From: Eledone cirrhosa
Lineage: Eukaryota
Reading direction: 5' to 3'
NCBI GenBank assembly: GCA_964016885.1
Contig: OZ024741.1
Coordinates: forward strand, 5,332,001-5,396,000
Length of the DNA stretch: 64,000 nucleotides
Position numbers and translations under genes: made by a program. The notes under the pieces are model-generated. The model was not told the origin of the DNA. It was given only the letters and a program-made list of their open reading frames with translations, and made no database searches. Below, piece by piece: positions 23,501-37,977 of this stretch; positions within the stretch are counted from its first letter, which is position 1; every line of letters starts with the position of its first letter.

Positions 23501-26500
23501 TGGAGGTTATTACAGTGGTCCACTTGAGGTTATTACAGTGGTCGACTTGAGGTTATTACAGTGGTCCACTTGTGGAGGTTATTACAATGGTCCACTTGAG
23601 GAGGTTATTACAGTGGTCCACTTGAGGTTATTACAGTGGTCCACTTGAGGAGGTTATTACAGTGGTCCACTTGAGGTTATTACAGTGGTCCACTTGAGGA
23701 TTTTATTACAGTGGTCCACTTGAGGTTATTACAATGGTCCACATGAGGATTTTATTACAGTGTTCCACTTGAGGAGGTTATTACAGTGGTCCACTTGAGG
23801 AGGTTATTACAGTGGTCCACTTGAGATTATTACAGTGGTCCACTTGAGGTTATTACAGTGGTCCACTTGAGGTGGCTATTAAAGTGGTCCACTTGTGGAC
23901 GTTATTACAGTGGTCCACTTGAGGTTATTACAGTGGTCCACTTGAGGTGGCTATTACAGTGGTCCACTTGAGGAGGCTATTACAGTGGTCCACTTGAGGA
24001 GGTTATTACAGTGGTCCACTTGAGGAGGTTATTACAGTGGTCCACTTGAGGTGGCTATTACAGTGGTTCGCTTGAGGTTATTACAGTGGTCCAATTGAGG
24101 AGGTTATTACAGTGGTCCACTTGAGGTTATTACAGTGGTCCAATTGAGGAGGTTATTACAGTGGTCCACTTGAGGAGGTTATTACAGTGGTCCACTTGAG
24201 GTTATTACAGTGTTCCACTTGAGGTGGTTACTACAGTGGTCCACTTGAGGAGGTTATTACAGTGGTCCACTTGAGGTTATTACAGTGGTCCACTTGAGGA
24301 GGCTATTACAGTGGTCCACTTAAGGTTATTACAGTGGTCCACTTGAGGAGGTTATTACAGTGGCCCAGTTGAGGAGGTTATTACAGTGGTTCACTTGAGG
24401 CTATTACAGTGGTCCACTTGAGGAGGCCATTACAGTGGTCCACTTGAGGTTATTACAGTGGTCCACTTGAGGAGGCTATTACAGCGGTCCAATTGAGGTT
24501 ATTACAGTGGTCCACTTGAGGAGGTTATTACAGTGGTCCACTTGAGGTTATTACAGTGGTCCACTTGAGGAGGCTATTACAGTGGTCCACTTGAGAAGGT
24601 TATTACAGTGGCCCACTTGAGGTTATTACAGTGGTCCACTTGAGGATGTTTTTAGAGTTGTCCACTTGAGGAGGTTATTACAGTGGTCCAATTGAGAAGG
24701 GTATTACAGTGGTCCACTTGAGGAGGCTATTACAGTGGTCCACTTGAGAAGGTCATTACAGTGGCCCACTTGAGGTTATTACAGTGGTCCACTTGAGGAT
24801 GTTTTTAGAGTTGTCCACTTGAGGAGGTTATTACAGTGGTCCAATTGATAAGGTTATTACAGTGGTCCACTTGAGGTCATTACAGTGGTCCACTTGAGGT
24901 GGTTATTACAGCGGTCCACTTGAGGTTATTAAAGTAGTCCAATTGAGGTTATTACAGTGGTCCACTTGAGGTTATTCCAGTGATCCACTTGAGGAGGTTA
25001 TTACAGTGGTCCACTTTAGGTTATTACAGTGGTCCACTTGAGGTTATTACAGTTCTCCACTTGTAGGGGTTATTACAGTGGTGCACTTCAGGTTATTACA
25101 GTGGTCCACATGAGGATTTTATTACAGTGGTCCACTTGAGGTGGCTATTACAGTGGTCCACTTGAGGAGGTTATTACAGTGGTCTACTTGAGGTTATTAC
25201 AGTGGTCCACTTGAGGTTATTACAGTGGTCCACTTGAGAAGGTTATTACAGTGGTCCACTTGAGGAGGTTATTACAATGGTCCACTTGGGGAGGTTATTA
25301 CAGTGGTCCTCTTGAGGAGGCTATTACAGTGGTCCACTTGAGGTTATTACAGTGGTCCACTTGAGGAGGTTATTACAGTGGTCCACTTGAGGAGGCTATT
25401 ACAGTGGTCCACTTGAGGTTATTACAGTGGTCCACTTGAGGAGGTTATTACAGTGGTCCACTTGAGGAGGTTATTACAGTGGTCCACTTGAGGTTAATAC
25501 AGAGGTCCACTTGAGGAGGTTATTACAGTGGTCCACTTGAGGTTATTACAGTGGTCCATTTGAGGAGGTTATTACAGTGGTCCACTTGAGGAGGTTATTA
25601 CAGTGGTCCACTTGAGGTTATTACAGTGGTCCACTTGTAGAGGTTATTACAGTGGTGCACTTCAGGTTATTACAGTGGTCCACATGAGGATTTTATTACA
25701 GTGGTCCACTTGAGGTAGCTATTACAGTGGTCCACTTGAGGAGGTTATTACAGTGGTCCACTTTAGGTTATTACAGTGGTCCACCTGAGGTTATTACAGT
25801 GGTCCACTTGAGGAGGTTATTACAGTGATCCACTTCAGGTTATTACAGTGGTGCACCTGAGGAGCCTATTACAGTGGTCCACTTGAGGTTATTAAAGTGG
25901 TCCACTTGAGGAGGTTATTACAGTGGTACATTTTAGGTGGCTATTACAGTGGTCCACTTGAGGAGGTTATTACAGTGGTCCACTTGAGGAGGTTATTACA
26001 GTGGTCCACTTGAGGAGGTTATTACAGTGGTCCACTTGAGGTTATTACAGTGGTCCACGTGAGGAGGCTATTACAGTGGTCCACTTGAGGTGGCTATTAC
26101 AGTGGTCCACTTGACGAGGTTATTACGGTGGTCCACTTGAGGAGGCTATTACAGTGGTCCACTTGAGGAGGCTATTACAGAGGTCCACTTGAGGTGGCTA
26201 TTACAGTGGTCCACTTGAGGTTATTACAGTGGTCCACTTGAGGAGGTTATTACAGTGGTCCACTTGAGGTTATTACAGTGGTCCACGTGAGGAGGCTATT
26301 ACAGTGGTCCACTTGAGGAGGCTATTACAGTGGTCCACTTGAGGAGGCTATTACAGTGGTCCACTTGAGGTTATTACAGTGGTCCACTTGAGTAGGCTAT
26401 TACAGAGGTCCACTTGAGGTTATTACAGTGGTCCACTTGAGGTTATTACAGTGGTCTTCTTGATGTTATTACAGTGGTCCACTTGAAGTTATTACAGTGG

Positions 26501-29500
26501 TCCACTTGAGGAGGCTATTACAGAGGTCCACTTGAGATTATTACAGTGGTCCACTTGAGGAGGTTATTACAGTGGTCCACTTAAGGAGGTTATTACAGTG
26601 GTCCACTTGAGGAGACTATTACAGTGGTTCACTTGAGGAGGTTATTACAGTGGTCCACTTGAGGAGGTTATTACAGTGGTCCACTTGAGGTTATTACAGT
26701 GGTCCAATTGAGGAGGTTATTACAGTGGTCCACTTGAGGAGGCTATTACAGTGGTCCATTTGAGGTTATTACAGTGGTCCACTTGAGGAGGTTATTACAG
26801 TGGTCCACTTGAGGTTATTACAGTGGTCCACTTGAGGTTATTACAGTTGTCCACTTGAGGTTATTACAGTGGTCCACTTGAGGAGGCTATTACAGTGGTC
26901 CACTTGAGGTTATTACAGTGATCCACTTGAGGAGGTTATTACAGTGGTCCACTTGAGGTTATTACAGTGGTCCACTTGAGGTTATTACAGTTGTCCACTT
27001 GAGGAGGCTATTACAGTGGTCCACTTGAGGTTATTACAGTTGTCCACTTGAGGAAGCTATTACAGTGGTCCACTTGAGGTTATTACAGTGGTCCACTTGA
27101 GGAAGCTATTACAGTGGTCCACTTGAGGTTATTACAGTGGTCCACTTGAGGAGGCTATTACAGTGGTCCACTTGAGGTTATTACAGTGGTCCATTTGAGG
27201 AGGTTATTACAGTGGTCCACTTGAGGAGGCTATTACAGTGGTCCACTTGAGGTTATTACAGTGGTCCACTTGAGGAGGTTATTACAGTGGTCCACTTGAG
27301 GAGGTTATTACAGTGGTCCACTTGAGGTTAATACAGAGGTCCACTTGAGGAGGTTATTACAGTGGTCCACTTGAGGTTATTACAGTGGTCCATTTGAGGA
27401 GGTTATTACAGTGGTCCACTTGAGGAGGTTATTACAGTGGTCCACTTGAGGTTATTACAGTGGTCCACTTCAGGAGGCTATTACAGTGGTCCACTTGAAG
27501 AGGCTATTACAGTGGTCCACTTGAGAAGGTTATTACAGTGGTCCTCTTGAGGTTATTACAGTGGTCCACTTGAGGAGGCTATTAGAGTGGTCCACTTGAG
27601 GAGGTTATTACAGTGGTCCACTTGAGAAGGTTATTACAGTGGTTCACTTGAGGTTATTACAGTGGTCAACTTGAGGAGGCTATTACAGTGGTCCACTTGA
27701 GGTGGTTATTACAGCGGTCCACTTGAGGTTATTACAGTGGTCCACTTGAGGCTATTACAGTGGTCCACTTGCGGAGGCTATTACAGAGGTCCACTTGAGG
27801 AGGTTATTATAGGGGTCCACTTGAGGTGGTTATTACAGTGGTCCACTTGAGAAGGTTATTACGGTGGTCCAGTTTAGGTTATTACAGTGGTCCACTTGTG
27901 GAGGTTATTACAGTGGTCAACTTGAGGTTATTACAGTGGTCCACTTGAGGAGGTTATTACAGTGGTCCACTTGAAGAGGTTATTACAGTGGTCCACTTGA
28001 GGTTATTACAGTGGTCCACTTGAGGAGGTTATTACAGTGGTCCACTTCAGGTTATTACAGTGGTCCACTTGAGGTGGCTATTACAGTGGTCCACTTGAGG
28101 AGGCTATTACAGTGGTCCACTTGAGGAGGTTATTACAGTGGTCCACTTGAGGAGGTTATTACAGTGGTCCACTTGAGGTGGCTATTACAGTGGTTCACTT
28201 GAGGTTATTACAGTGGTTCAATTGAGGAGGTTATTACAGTGGTCCACTTGAGGTTATTACAGTGGTCCAATTGAGGAGGTTATTACAGTGGTCCACTTGA
28301 GGAGGTTATTACAGTGGTCCACTTGAGGTTATTACAGTGTTCCACTTGAGGTGGTTACTACAGTGGTCCACTTGAGGAGGTTATTACAGTGGTCCACTTG
28401 AGGTTATTACAGTGGTCCACTTGAGGACGCTATTACAGTGGTCCACTTAAGGTTATTACAGTGGTCCACTTGAGGAGGTTATTACAGTGGTCCACTTGAG
28501 GCTATTACAGTGGTCCACTTGAGGAGGCCATTACAGTGGTCCACTTGAGGTTATTACAGTGGTCCACTTGAGGAGGCTATTACAGCGGTCCACTTGAGGT
28601 TATTACAGTGGTCCACTTGAGGTTATTACAGTGGTCCACTTGAGGAGGCTATTACAGTGGTCCACTTGAGAAGGTTATTACAGTGGCCCACTTGAGGTTA
28701 TAACAGTGGTCCACTTGAGGATGTTTTTAGAGTTGTCCACTTGAGGAGGTTATTACAGTGGTCCAATTGAGAAGGGTATTACAGTGGTCCACTTGAGGAG
28801 GCTATTACAGTGGTCCACTTGAGAAGGTCATTACAGTGGCCCACTTGAGGTTATTACAGTGGTCCACTTGAGGATGTTTTTAGAGTTGTCCACTTGAGGA
28901 GGTTATTACAGTGGTCCAATTGAGAAGGTTATTACAGTGGTCCACTTGAGGTTATTACAGTGGTCCACTTGAGGTTATTACAGTGGTCCACTTGTAGGGG
29001 TTATTACAGTGGTGCACATCAGGTTATTACAGTGGTCCACATGAGGTGGCTATTACAGTGGTCCACTTGAGGAGGTTATTACAGTGGTCCACTTGAGGTT
29101 ATTACAGTGGTCCACTTGAGGTTATTACAGTGGTCCACTTGAGAAGGTTATTACAGTGGTCCACTTGAGGAGGTTATTACAATGGTCCACTTGGGGAGGT
29201 TATTACAGTGGTCCACATGAGGTGGCTATTACAGTGGTCCACTTGAGGAGGTTATTACAGTGGTCCACTTGAGGAGGCTATTACAGTGGTCCACTTGAGG
29301 TTATTACAGTGGTCCACTTGAGGTTATTACAGTGGTCCACTTGAGGAGGCTATTACAGTGGTCCACTTGATGTTATTACAGTGGTCCACTTGTGGAGGTT
29401 ATTACAGTGGTCCACTTGAGGTTATTACAGTGGTCGACTTGAGGTTATTACAGTGGTCCACTTGAGGGGGCGAGGGGGCTATTACAGTGGTCCACTTGAG

Positions 29501-32500
29501 AAGGTTATTACAGTGGTCCACTTGAGGTTATTACAGTGGTCCACTTGAGGAGATTATTACAGTGGTCCACTTGAGGGGTTATTACAGTGGTCCACTTGAG
29601 AAGGTTATTACAGTGGTCCACTTGAGGAGGTTATTACAGTGGTCCACTTGATGTTATTACAGTGGTCCACTTGAGGAGGCTATTACAGTGGTCCACTTGA
29701 GGAGGTTATTACAGTGGTCCACTTGAGGAGGCTATTACAGTGGTCTACTTGAGGTTATTACAGTGGTCCACTTGAGGGGGTTATTACAGTGGTCCACTTG
29801 AGGTTATTACAGTGGTCCAATTGAGGAGGTTATTACAGTGGTCCACTTGAGGTTATTACAGTGGACCAATTGAGGAGGTTATTACAGTGGTCCGCTTGAG
29901 GAGGTTATTACAGTGGTCCGTTTGAGGAGGTTATTACAGTGGTCCACTTGAGGTTATTACAGTGGTCCACTTGAGGAGGTTATTACAGTGGTCCAATTGA
30001 GGAGGTTATTACAGTGGTCCACTTGAGGTTATTACAGTGGTCCACTTGAGGAGGTTATTACAGTGGTCCGTTTGAGGAGGTTATTACAGTGGTCCACTTG
30101 AGGAGGTTATTACAGTGGTCCAATTGAGGAGGTTATTACAGTGGTCCACTTGAGGAGGTTATTACAGTGGTCCACTTGAGGAGGTTATTACAGAGGTCCA
30201 ATTGAGGAGGTTATTACAGTGGTCCACTTGAGGAGGTTATTCCATGGTCCAGTTGAGGTTATTACAGTGGTACACTAGAGGAGGTTATTACAGTGGTCCA
30301 CTTGAGGTTATTACAGTGGTCCACTTGAGGAGGTTATTACAGTGGTCCACTTGAGGTTATTACAGTGGTCCACTTGAGGAGGCTATTACAGTGGTCCACT
30401 TGAGGTTATTACAGTGGTCCACTTGAGGAGGTTATTACAGTGGTCCACTTGAGGTTATTACAGTGGTCCACTTGAGGAGGTTATTACAGTGGTCCAATTG
30501 AGGAGGTTATTACAGTGGTCCACTTGAGGTTATTACAGTGGGCCACTAGAGGAGGTTATTACAGTGGTCCACTTGAGGTTATTACAGTGGTCCACTTGAG
30601 GAGGCTATTACAGTGGTCCACTTGAGGAGGTTATTACAGTGGTCCACTTGAGGAGGTTATTACAGTAGTCCACTTGAGGTGGTTATTACAGTGGTCCACT
30701 TGAGGTGGTTATTACAGTGGTCCACTTGAGGAGGTTATTACAGTGGTCCACTTGAGGAGGTTATTACAGTGGTCCACTTGAGGTTATTACAGTGGTCCAC
30801 TTGAGGTTATTATAGTGGTTCACTTGAGGAGGCTATTACAGTGGTCCACTTGAGGTTATTACAGTGGTCCACTTGAGGAGGCTATTAAAGTGGTCCACTT
30901 GAGGTTATTACAGTGATCCACTTGAGGAGGCTATTACAGTGGTCCACTTGAGGTTATTTCAGTGATCCACTTGAGGAGGTTATTACAGTGGTCCACTTGA
31001 GGTTATTACAGTGGTCCACTTGAGGTTATTACAGTGGTCCACTTGAGGGGGCTATTACAGTGGTCCACTTGAGAAGGTTATTACAGTGGTCAAGTTGAGG
31101 TTATTACAGTGGTCCCCTTGAGGAGGCTATTACAGTGGTCCACTTGAGGAGGTTATTACAGTGGTCCACTTGAGAAGGCTATTACAGTGGTCCACTTGAG
31201 AAGGTTATTACAGTGGTCCACTTGAGGTTATTACAGTGGACCATTTGAGGAGGTTATTATAGTGCTCCACTTGAGGAGGTTATTACAGTGGTCCACTTGA
31301 GGAGGTTATTACAGTGGTCCACTTGAGGAGGTTATTACAGTGGTCCACTTGAGGAGGTTATTACAGTGGTCCACTTGAGGTGGCTATTACAGTGGTTCAC
31401 TTGAGGTTATTACATTGGTCCAATTGAGGAGGTTATTACAGTGGTCCACTTGAGGTTATTACAGTGGTCCAATTGAGGAGGTTATTACAGTGGTCCACTT
31501 GAGGAGGCTATTACAGTGGTCCACTTGAGGTTATTACAGTGGTCCACTTGAGGAGGTTAATACAGTGGTCCACTTGAGTTTATTACAGTGGTCCACTTGA
31601 GGAGGCTATTACAGTGGTCCACTTGAGGAGGTTATTACAGTGGTCCACTTGAGGTTATTACAGTGGTCCACTTGTGGAGGCTATTACAGTGGTCCACTTG
31701 AGGTTATTACAGTGGTCCACTTGAGGAGGTTATTACAGTGGTCCACTTGAGGTTATTACAGTGGTCCACTTGAGGAGGCTATTACAGTGGTCCATTTGAG
31801 GTTATTACAGTGGTCCACTTGAGGAGGTTATTACAGTGGTCCACTTGAGGTTATTACAGTGGTCCACTTGAGGTTATTACAGTTGTCCACTTGATGTTAT
31901 TACAGTGGTCCACTTGAGGAGGCTATTACAGTGGTCCACTTGAGGTTATTACAGTGATCCACTTGAGGAGGTTATTACAGTGGTCCACTTGAGGTTATTA
32001 CAGTGATCCACTTGAGGTTATTACAGTGGTCCACTTGAGGAGGCTATTACAGTGGTCCACTTGAGGTTATTACAGTTGTCCACTTGAGGAAGCTATTACA
32101 GTGGTCCACTTGAGGTTATTACAGTGGTCCACTTGAGGAGGCTATTAGAGTGGTCCACTTGAGGTTATTACAGTGGTCCACTTCAGGTTATTACAGTGGT
32201 CCACTTGAGGAGGCTATTACAGTGGTCCACTTGATGTTATTACAGTGGTCCACTTGTGGAGGTTATTACAGTGGTCCACTTGAGGTTATTACAGTGGTCG
32301 ACTTGAGGTTATTACAGTGGTCCACTTGTGGAGGTTATTACAATGGTCCACTTGAGGAGGTTATTACAGTGGTCCACTTGAGGTTATTACAGTGGTCCAC
32401 TTGAGGAGGTTATTACAGTGGTCCACTTGAGGTTATTACAGTGGTCCACTTGAGGATTTTATTACAGTGGTCCACTTGAGGTTATTACAATGGTCCACAT

Positions 32501-35500
32501 GAGGATTTTATTACAGTGTTCCACTTGAGGAGGTTATTACAGTGGTCCACTTGAGGAGGTTATTACAGTGGTCCACTTGAGATTATTACAGTGGTCCACT
32601 TGAGGTTATTACAGTGGTCCACTTGAGGTGGCTATTAAAGTGGTCCACTTGTGGACGTTATTACAGTGGTCCACTTGAGGTTATTACAGTGGTCCACTTG
32701 AGGTGGCTATTACAGTGGTCCACTTGAGGAGGCTATTACAGTGGTCCACTTGAGGAGGTTATTACAGTGGTCCACTTGAGGAGGTTATTACAGTGGTCCA
32801 CTTGAGGTGGCTATTACAGTGGTTCGCTTGAGGTTATTACAGTGGTCCAATTGAGGAGGTTATTACAGTGGTCCACTTGAGGTTATTACAGTGGTCCAAT
32901 TGAGGAGGTTATTACAGTGGTCCACTTGAGGAGGTTATTACAGTGGTCCACTTGAGGAGGTTATTACAGTGGTCCACTTGAGGTTATTACAGTGGTCCAC
33001 TTGAGGAGGCTATTACAGTGGTCCACTTAAGGTTATTACAGTGGTCCACTTGAGGAGGTTATTACAGTGGCCCAGTTGAGGAGGTTATTACAGTGGTTCA
33101 CTTGAGGCTATTACAGTGGTCCACTTGAGGAGGCCATTACAGTGGTCCACTTGAGGTTATTACAGTGGTCCACTTGAGGAGGCTATTACAGCGGTCCAAT
33201 TGAGGTTATTACAGTGGTCCACTTGAGGAGGTTATTACAGTGGTCCACTTGAGGTTATTACAGTGGTCCACTTGAGGAGGCTATTACAGTGGTCCACTTG
33301 AGAAGGTTATTACAGTGGCCCACTTGAGGTTATTACAGTGGTCCACTTGAGGATGTTTTTAGAGTTGTCCACTTGAGGAGGTTATTACAGTGGTCCAATT
33401 GAGAAGGGTATTACAGTGGTCCACTTGAGGAGGCTATTACAGTGGTCCACTTGAGAAGGTCATTACAGTGGCCCACTTGAGGTTATTACAGTGGTCCACT
33501 TGAGGATGTTTTTAGAGTTGTCCACTTGAGGAGGTTATTACAGTGGTCCAATTGATAAGGTTATTACAGTGGTCCACTTGAGGTCATTACAGTGGTCCAC
33601 TTGAGGTGGTTATTACAGCGGTCCACTTGAGGTTATTAAAGTAGTCCAATTGAGGTTATTACAGTGGTCCACTTGAGGTTATTCCAGTGATCCACTTGAG
33701 GAGGTTATTACAGTGGTCCACTTGAGGTTATTACAGTGGTCCACTTGAGGTTATTACAGTGGTCCACTTGTAGGGGTTATTACAGTGGTGCACTTCAGGT
33801 TATTACAGTGGTCCACATGAGGATTTTATTACAGTGGTCCACTTGAGGTGGCTATTACAGTGGTCCACTTGAGGAGGTTATTACAGTGGTCTACTTGAGG
33901 TTATTACAGTGGTCCACTTGAGGTTATTACAGTGGTCCACTTGAGAAGGTTATTACAGTGGTCCACTTGAGGAGGTTATTACAATGGTCCACTTGGGGAG
34001 GTTATTACAGTGGTCCTCTTGAGGAGGCTATTACAGTGGTCCACTTGAGGTTATTACAGTGGTCCACTTGAGGAGGTTATTACAGTGGTCCACTTGAGGA
34101 GGCTATTACAGTGGTCCACTTGAGGTTATTACAGTGGTCCACTTGAGGAGGTTATTACAGTGGTCCACTTGAGGAGGTTATTACAGTGGTCCACTTGAGG
34201 TTAATACAGAGGTCCACTTGAGGAGGTTATTACAGTGGTCCACTTGAGGTTATTACAGTGGTCCATTTGAGGAGGTTATTACAGTGGTCCACTTGAGGAG
34301 GTTATTACAGTGGTCCACTTGAGGTTATTACAGTGGTCCACTTGTAGAGGTTATTACAGTGGTGCACTTCAGGTTATTACAGTGGTCCACATGAGGATTT
34401 TATTACAGTGGTCCACTTGAGGTAGCTATTACAGTGGTCCACTTGAGGAGGTTATTACAGTGGTCCACTTTAGGTTATTACAGTGGTCCACCTGAGGTTA
34501 TTACAGTGGTCCACTTGAGGAGGTTATTACAGTGGTCCACTTCAGGTTATTACAGTGGTGCACCTGAGGAGCCTATTACAGTGGTCCACTTGAGGTTATT
34601 AAAGTGGTCCACTTGAGGAGGTTATTACAGTGGTACATTTTAGGTGGCTATTACAGTGGTCCACTTGAGGAGGTTATTACAGTGGTCCACTTGAGGAGGT
34701 TATTACAGTGGTCCACTTGAGGAGGTTATTACAGTGGTCCACTTGAGGTTATTACAGTGGTCCACGTGAGGAGGCTATTACAGTGGTCCACTTGAGGTGG
34801 CTATTACAGTGGTCCACTTGACGAGGTTATTACGGTGGTCCACTTGAGGAGGCTATTACAGTGGTCCACTTGAGGAGGCTATTACAGAGGTCCACTTGAG
34901 GTGGCTATTACAGTGGTCCACTTGAGGTTATTACAGTGGTCCACTTGAGGAGGTTATTACAGTGGTCCACTTGAGGTTATTACAGTGGTCCACGTGAGGA
35001 GGCTATTACAGTGGTCCACTTGAGGAGGCTATTACAGTGGTCCACTTGAGGAGGCTATTACAGTGGTCCACTTGAGGTTATTACAGTGGTCCACTTGAGT
35101 AGGCTATTACAGAGGTCCACTTGAGGTTATTACAGTGGTCCACTTGAGGTTATTACAGTGGTCTTCTTGATGTTATTACAGTGGTCCACTTGAAGTTATT
35201 ACAGTGGTCCACTTGAGGAGGCTATTACAGAGGTCCACTTGAGATTATTACAGTGGTCCACTTGAGGAGGTTATTACAGTGGTCCACTTAAGGAGGTTAT
35301 TACAGTGGTCCACTTGAGGAGACTATTACAGTGGTTCACTTGAGGAGGTTATTACAGTGGTCCACTTGAGGAGGTTATTACAGTGGTCCACTTGAGGTTA
35401 TTACAGTGGTCCAATTGAGGAGGTTATTACAGTGGTCCACTTGAGGAGGCTATTACAGTGGTCCATTTGAGGTTATTACAGTGGTCCACTTGAGGAGGTT

Positions 35501-37977
35501 ATTACAGTGGTCCACTTGAGGTTATTACAGTGGTCCACTTGAGGTTATTACAGTTGTCCACTTGAGGTTATTACAGTGGTCCACTTGAGGAGGCTATTAC
35601 AGTGGTCCACTTGAGGTTATTACAGTGATCCACTTGAGGAGGTTATTACAGTGGTCCACTTGAGGTTATTACAGTGGTCCACTTGAGGTTATTACAGTTG
35701 TCCACTTGAGGAGGCTATTACAGTGGTCCACTTGTGGTTATTACAGTTGTCCACTTGAGGAAGCTATTACAGTGGTCCACTTGAGGTTATTACAGTGGTC
35801 CACTTGAGGAAGCTATTACAGTGGTCCACTTGAGGTTATTACAGTGGTCCACTTGAGGAGGCTATTACAGTGGTCCACTTGAGGTTATTACAGTGGTCCA
35901 TTTGAGGAGGTTATTACAGTGGTCCACTTGAGGAGGCTATTACAGTGGTCCACTTGAGGTTATTACAGTGGTCCACTTGAGGAGGTTATTACAGTGGTCC
36001 ACTTGAGGAGGTTATTACAGTGGTCCACTTGAGGTTAATACAGAGGTCCACTTGAGGAGGTTATTACAGTGGTCCACTTGAGGTTATTACAGTGGTCCAT
36101 TTGAGGAGGTTATTACAGTGGTCCACTTGAGGAGGTTATTACAGTGGTCCACTTGAGGTTATTACAGTGGTCCACTTCAGGAGGCTATTACAGTGGTCCA
36201 CTTGAAGAGGCTATTACAGTGGTCCACTTGAGAAGGTTATTACAGTGGTCCTCTTGAGGTTATTACAGTGGTCCACTTGAGGAGGCTATTAGAGTGGTCC
36301 ACTTGAGGAGGTTATTACAGTGGTCCACTTGAGAAGGTTATTACAGTGGTTCACTTGAGGTTATTACAGTGGTCAACTTGAGGAGGCTATTACAGTGGTC
36401 CACTTGAGGTGGTTATTACAGCGGTCCACTTGAGGTTATTACAGTGGTCCACTTGAGGCTATTACAGTGGTCCACTTGCGGAGGCTATTACAGAGGTCCA
36501 CTTGAGGAGGTTATTATAGGGGTCCACTTGAGGTGGTTATTACAGTGGTCCACTTGAGAAGGTTATTACGGTGGTCCAGTTTAGGTTATTACAGTGGTCC
36601 ACTTGTGGAGGTTATTACAGTGGTCAACTTGAGGTTATTACAGTGGTCCACTTGAGGAGGTTATTACAGTGGTCCACTTGAAGAGGTTATTACAGTGGTC
36701 CACTTGAGGTTATTACAGTGGTCCACTTGAGGAGGTTATTACAGTGGTCCACTTCAGGTTATTACAGTGGTCCACTTGAGGTGGCTATTACAGTGGTCCA
36801 CTTGAGGAGGCTATTACAGTGGTCCACTTGAGGAGGTTATTACAGTGGTCCACTTGAGGAGGTTATTACAGTGGTCCACTTGAGGTGGCTATTACAGTGG
36901 TTCACTTGAGGTTATTACAGTGGTTCAATTGAGGAGGTTATTACAGTGGTCCACTTGAGGTTATTACAGTGGTCCAATTGAGGAGGTTATTACAGTGGTC
37001 CACTTGAGGAGGTTATTACAGTGGTCCACTTGAGGTTATTACAGTGTTCCACTTGAGGTGGTTACTACAGTGGTCCACTTGAGGAGGTTATTACAGTGGT
37101 CCACTTGAGGTTATTACAGTGGTCCACTTGAGGACGCTATTACAGTGGTCCACTTAAGGTTATTACAGTGGTCCACTTGAGGAGGTTATTACAGTGGTCC
37201 ACTTGAGGCTATTACAGTGGTCCACTTGAGGAGGCCATTACAGTGGTCCACTTGAGGTTATTACAGTGGTCCACTTGAGGAGGCTATTACAGCGGTCCAC
37301 TTGAGGTTATTACAGTGGTCCACTTGAGGTTATTACAGTGGTCCACTTGAGGAGGCTATTACAGTGGTCCACTTGAGAAGGTTATTACAGTGGCCCACTT
37401 GAGGTTATAACAGTGGTCCACTTGAGGATGTTTTTAGAGTTGTCCACTTGAGGAGGTTATTACAGTGGTCCAATTGAGAAGGGTATTACAGTGGTCCACT
37501 TGAGGAGGCTATTACAGTGGTCCACTTGAGAAGGTCATTACAGTGGCCCACTTGAGGTTATTACAGTGGTCCACTTGAGGATGTTTTTAGAGTTGTCCAC
37601 TTGAGGAGGTTATTACAGTGGTCCAATTGAGAAGGTTATTACAGTGGTCCACTTGAGGTTATTACAGTGGTCCACTTGAGGTTATTACAGTGGTCCACTT
37701 GTAGGGGTTATTACAGTGGTGCACATCAGGTTATTACAGTGGTCCACATGAGGTGGCTATTACAGTGGTCCACTTGAGGAGGTTATTACAGTGGTCCACT
37801 TGAGGTTATTACAGTGGTCCACTTGAGGTTATTACAGTGGTCCACTTGAGAAGGTTATTACAGTGGTCCACTTGAGGAGGTTATTACAATGGTCCACTTG
37901 GGGAGGTTATTACAGTGGTCCACATGAGGTGGCTATTACAGTGGTCCACTTGAGGAGGTTATTACAGTGGTCCACTT
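20515..37977 (+). repeat. ~8.7 kb direct tandem duplication (copy A 20515-29270, copy B 29271-37977)
   Basis: GAGGGGGC doublet 20708/29464, CCATGG 21486/30242 and ORFs 23394/32150 all give offset 8756. GCGGAGG 27771/36478 gives 8707 after a 49 bp loss. Confidence 0.93.

Larger units (their letters stand above)
1..26180 (+). repeat. ~13.4 kb higher-order tandem duplication (copy 1 about 1-12750, linker to 13513, copy 2 about 13514-26180)
   Basis: Marker offsets: ORFs 913/14354 and 5578/19019 (13441); 22 bp monomer CACTTGGGTT 2551/15992 (13441); CCATGG 8060/21486 and ORFs 9968/23394 (13426). TTGTCAAC plus GATCAAC occur together near 450-525 and 13890-13965. Confidence 0.92.
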
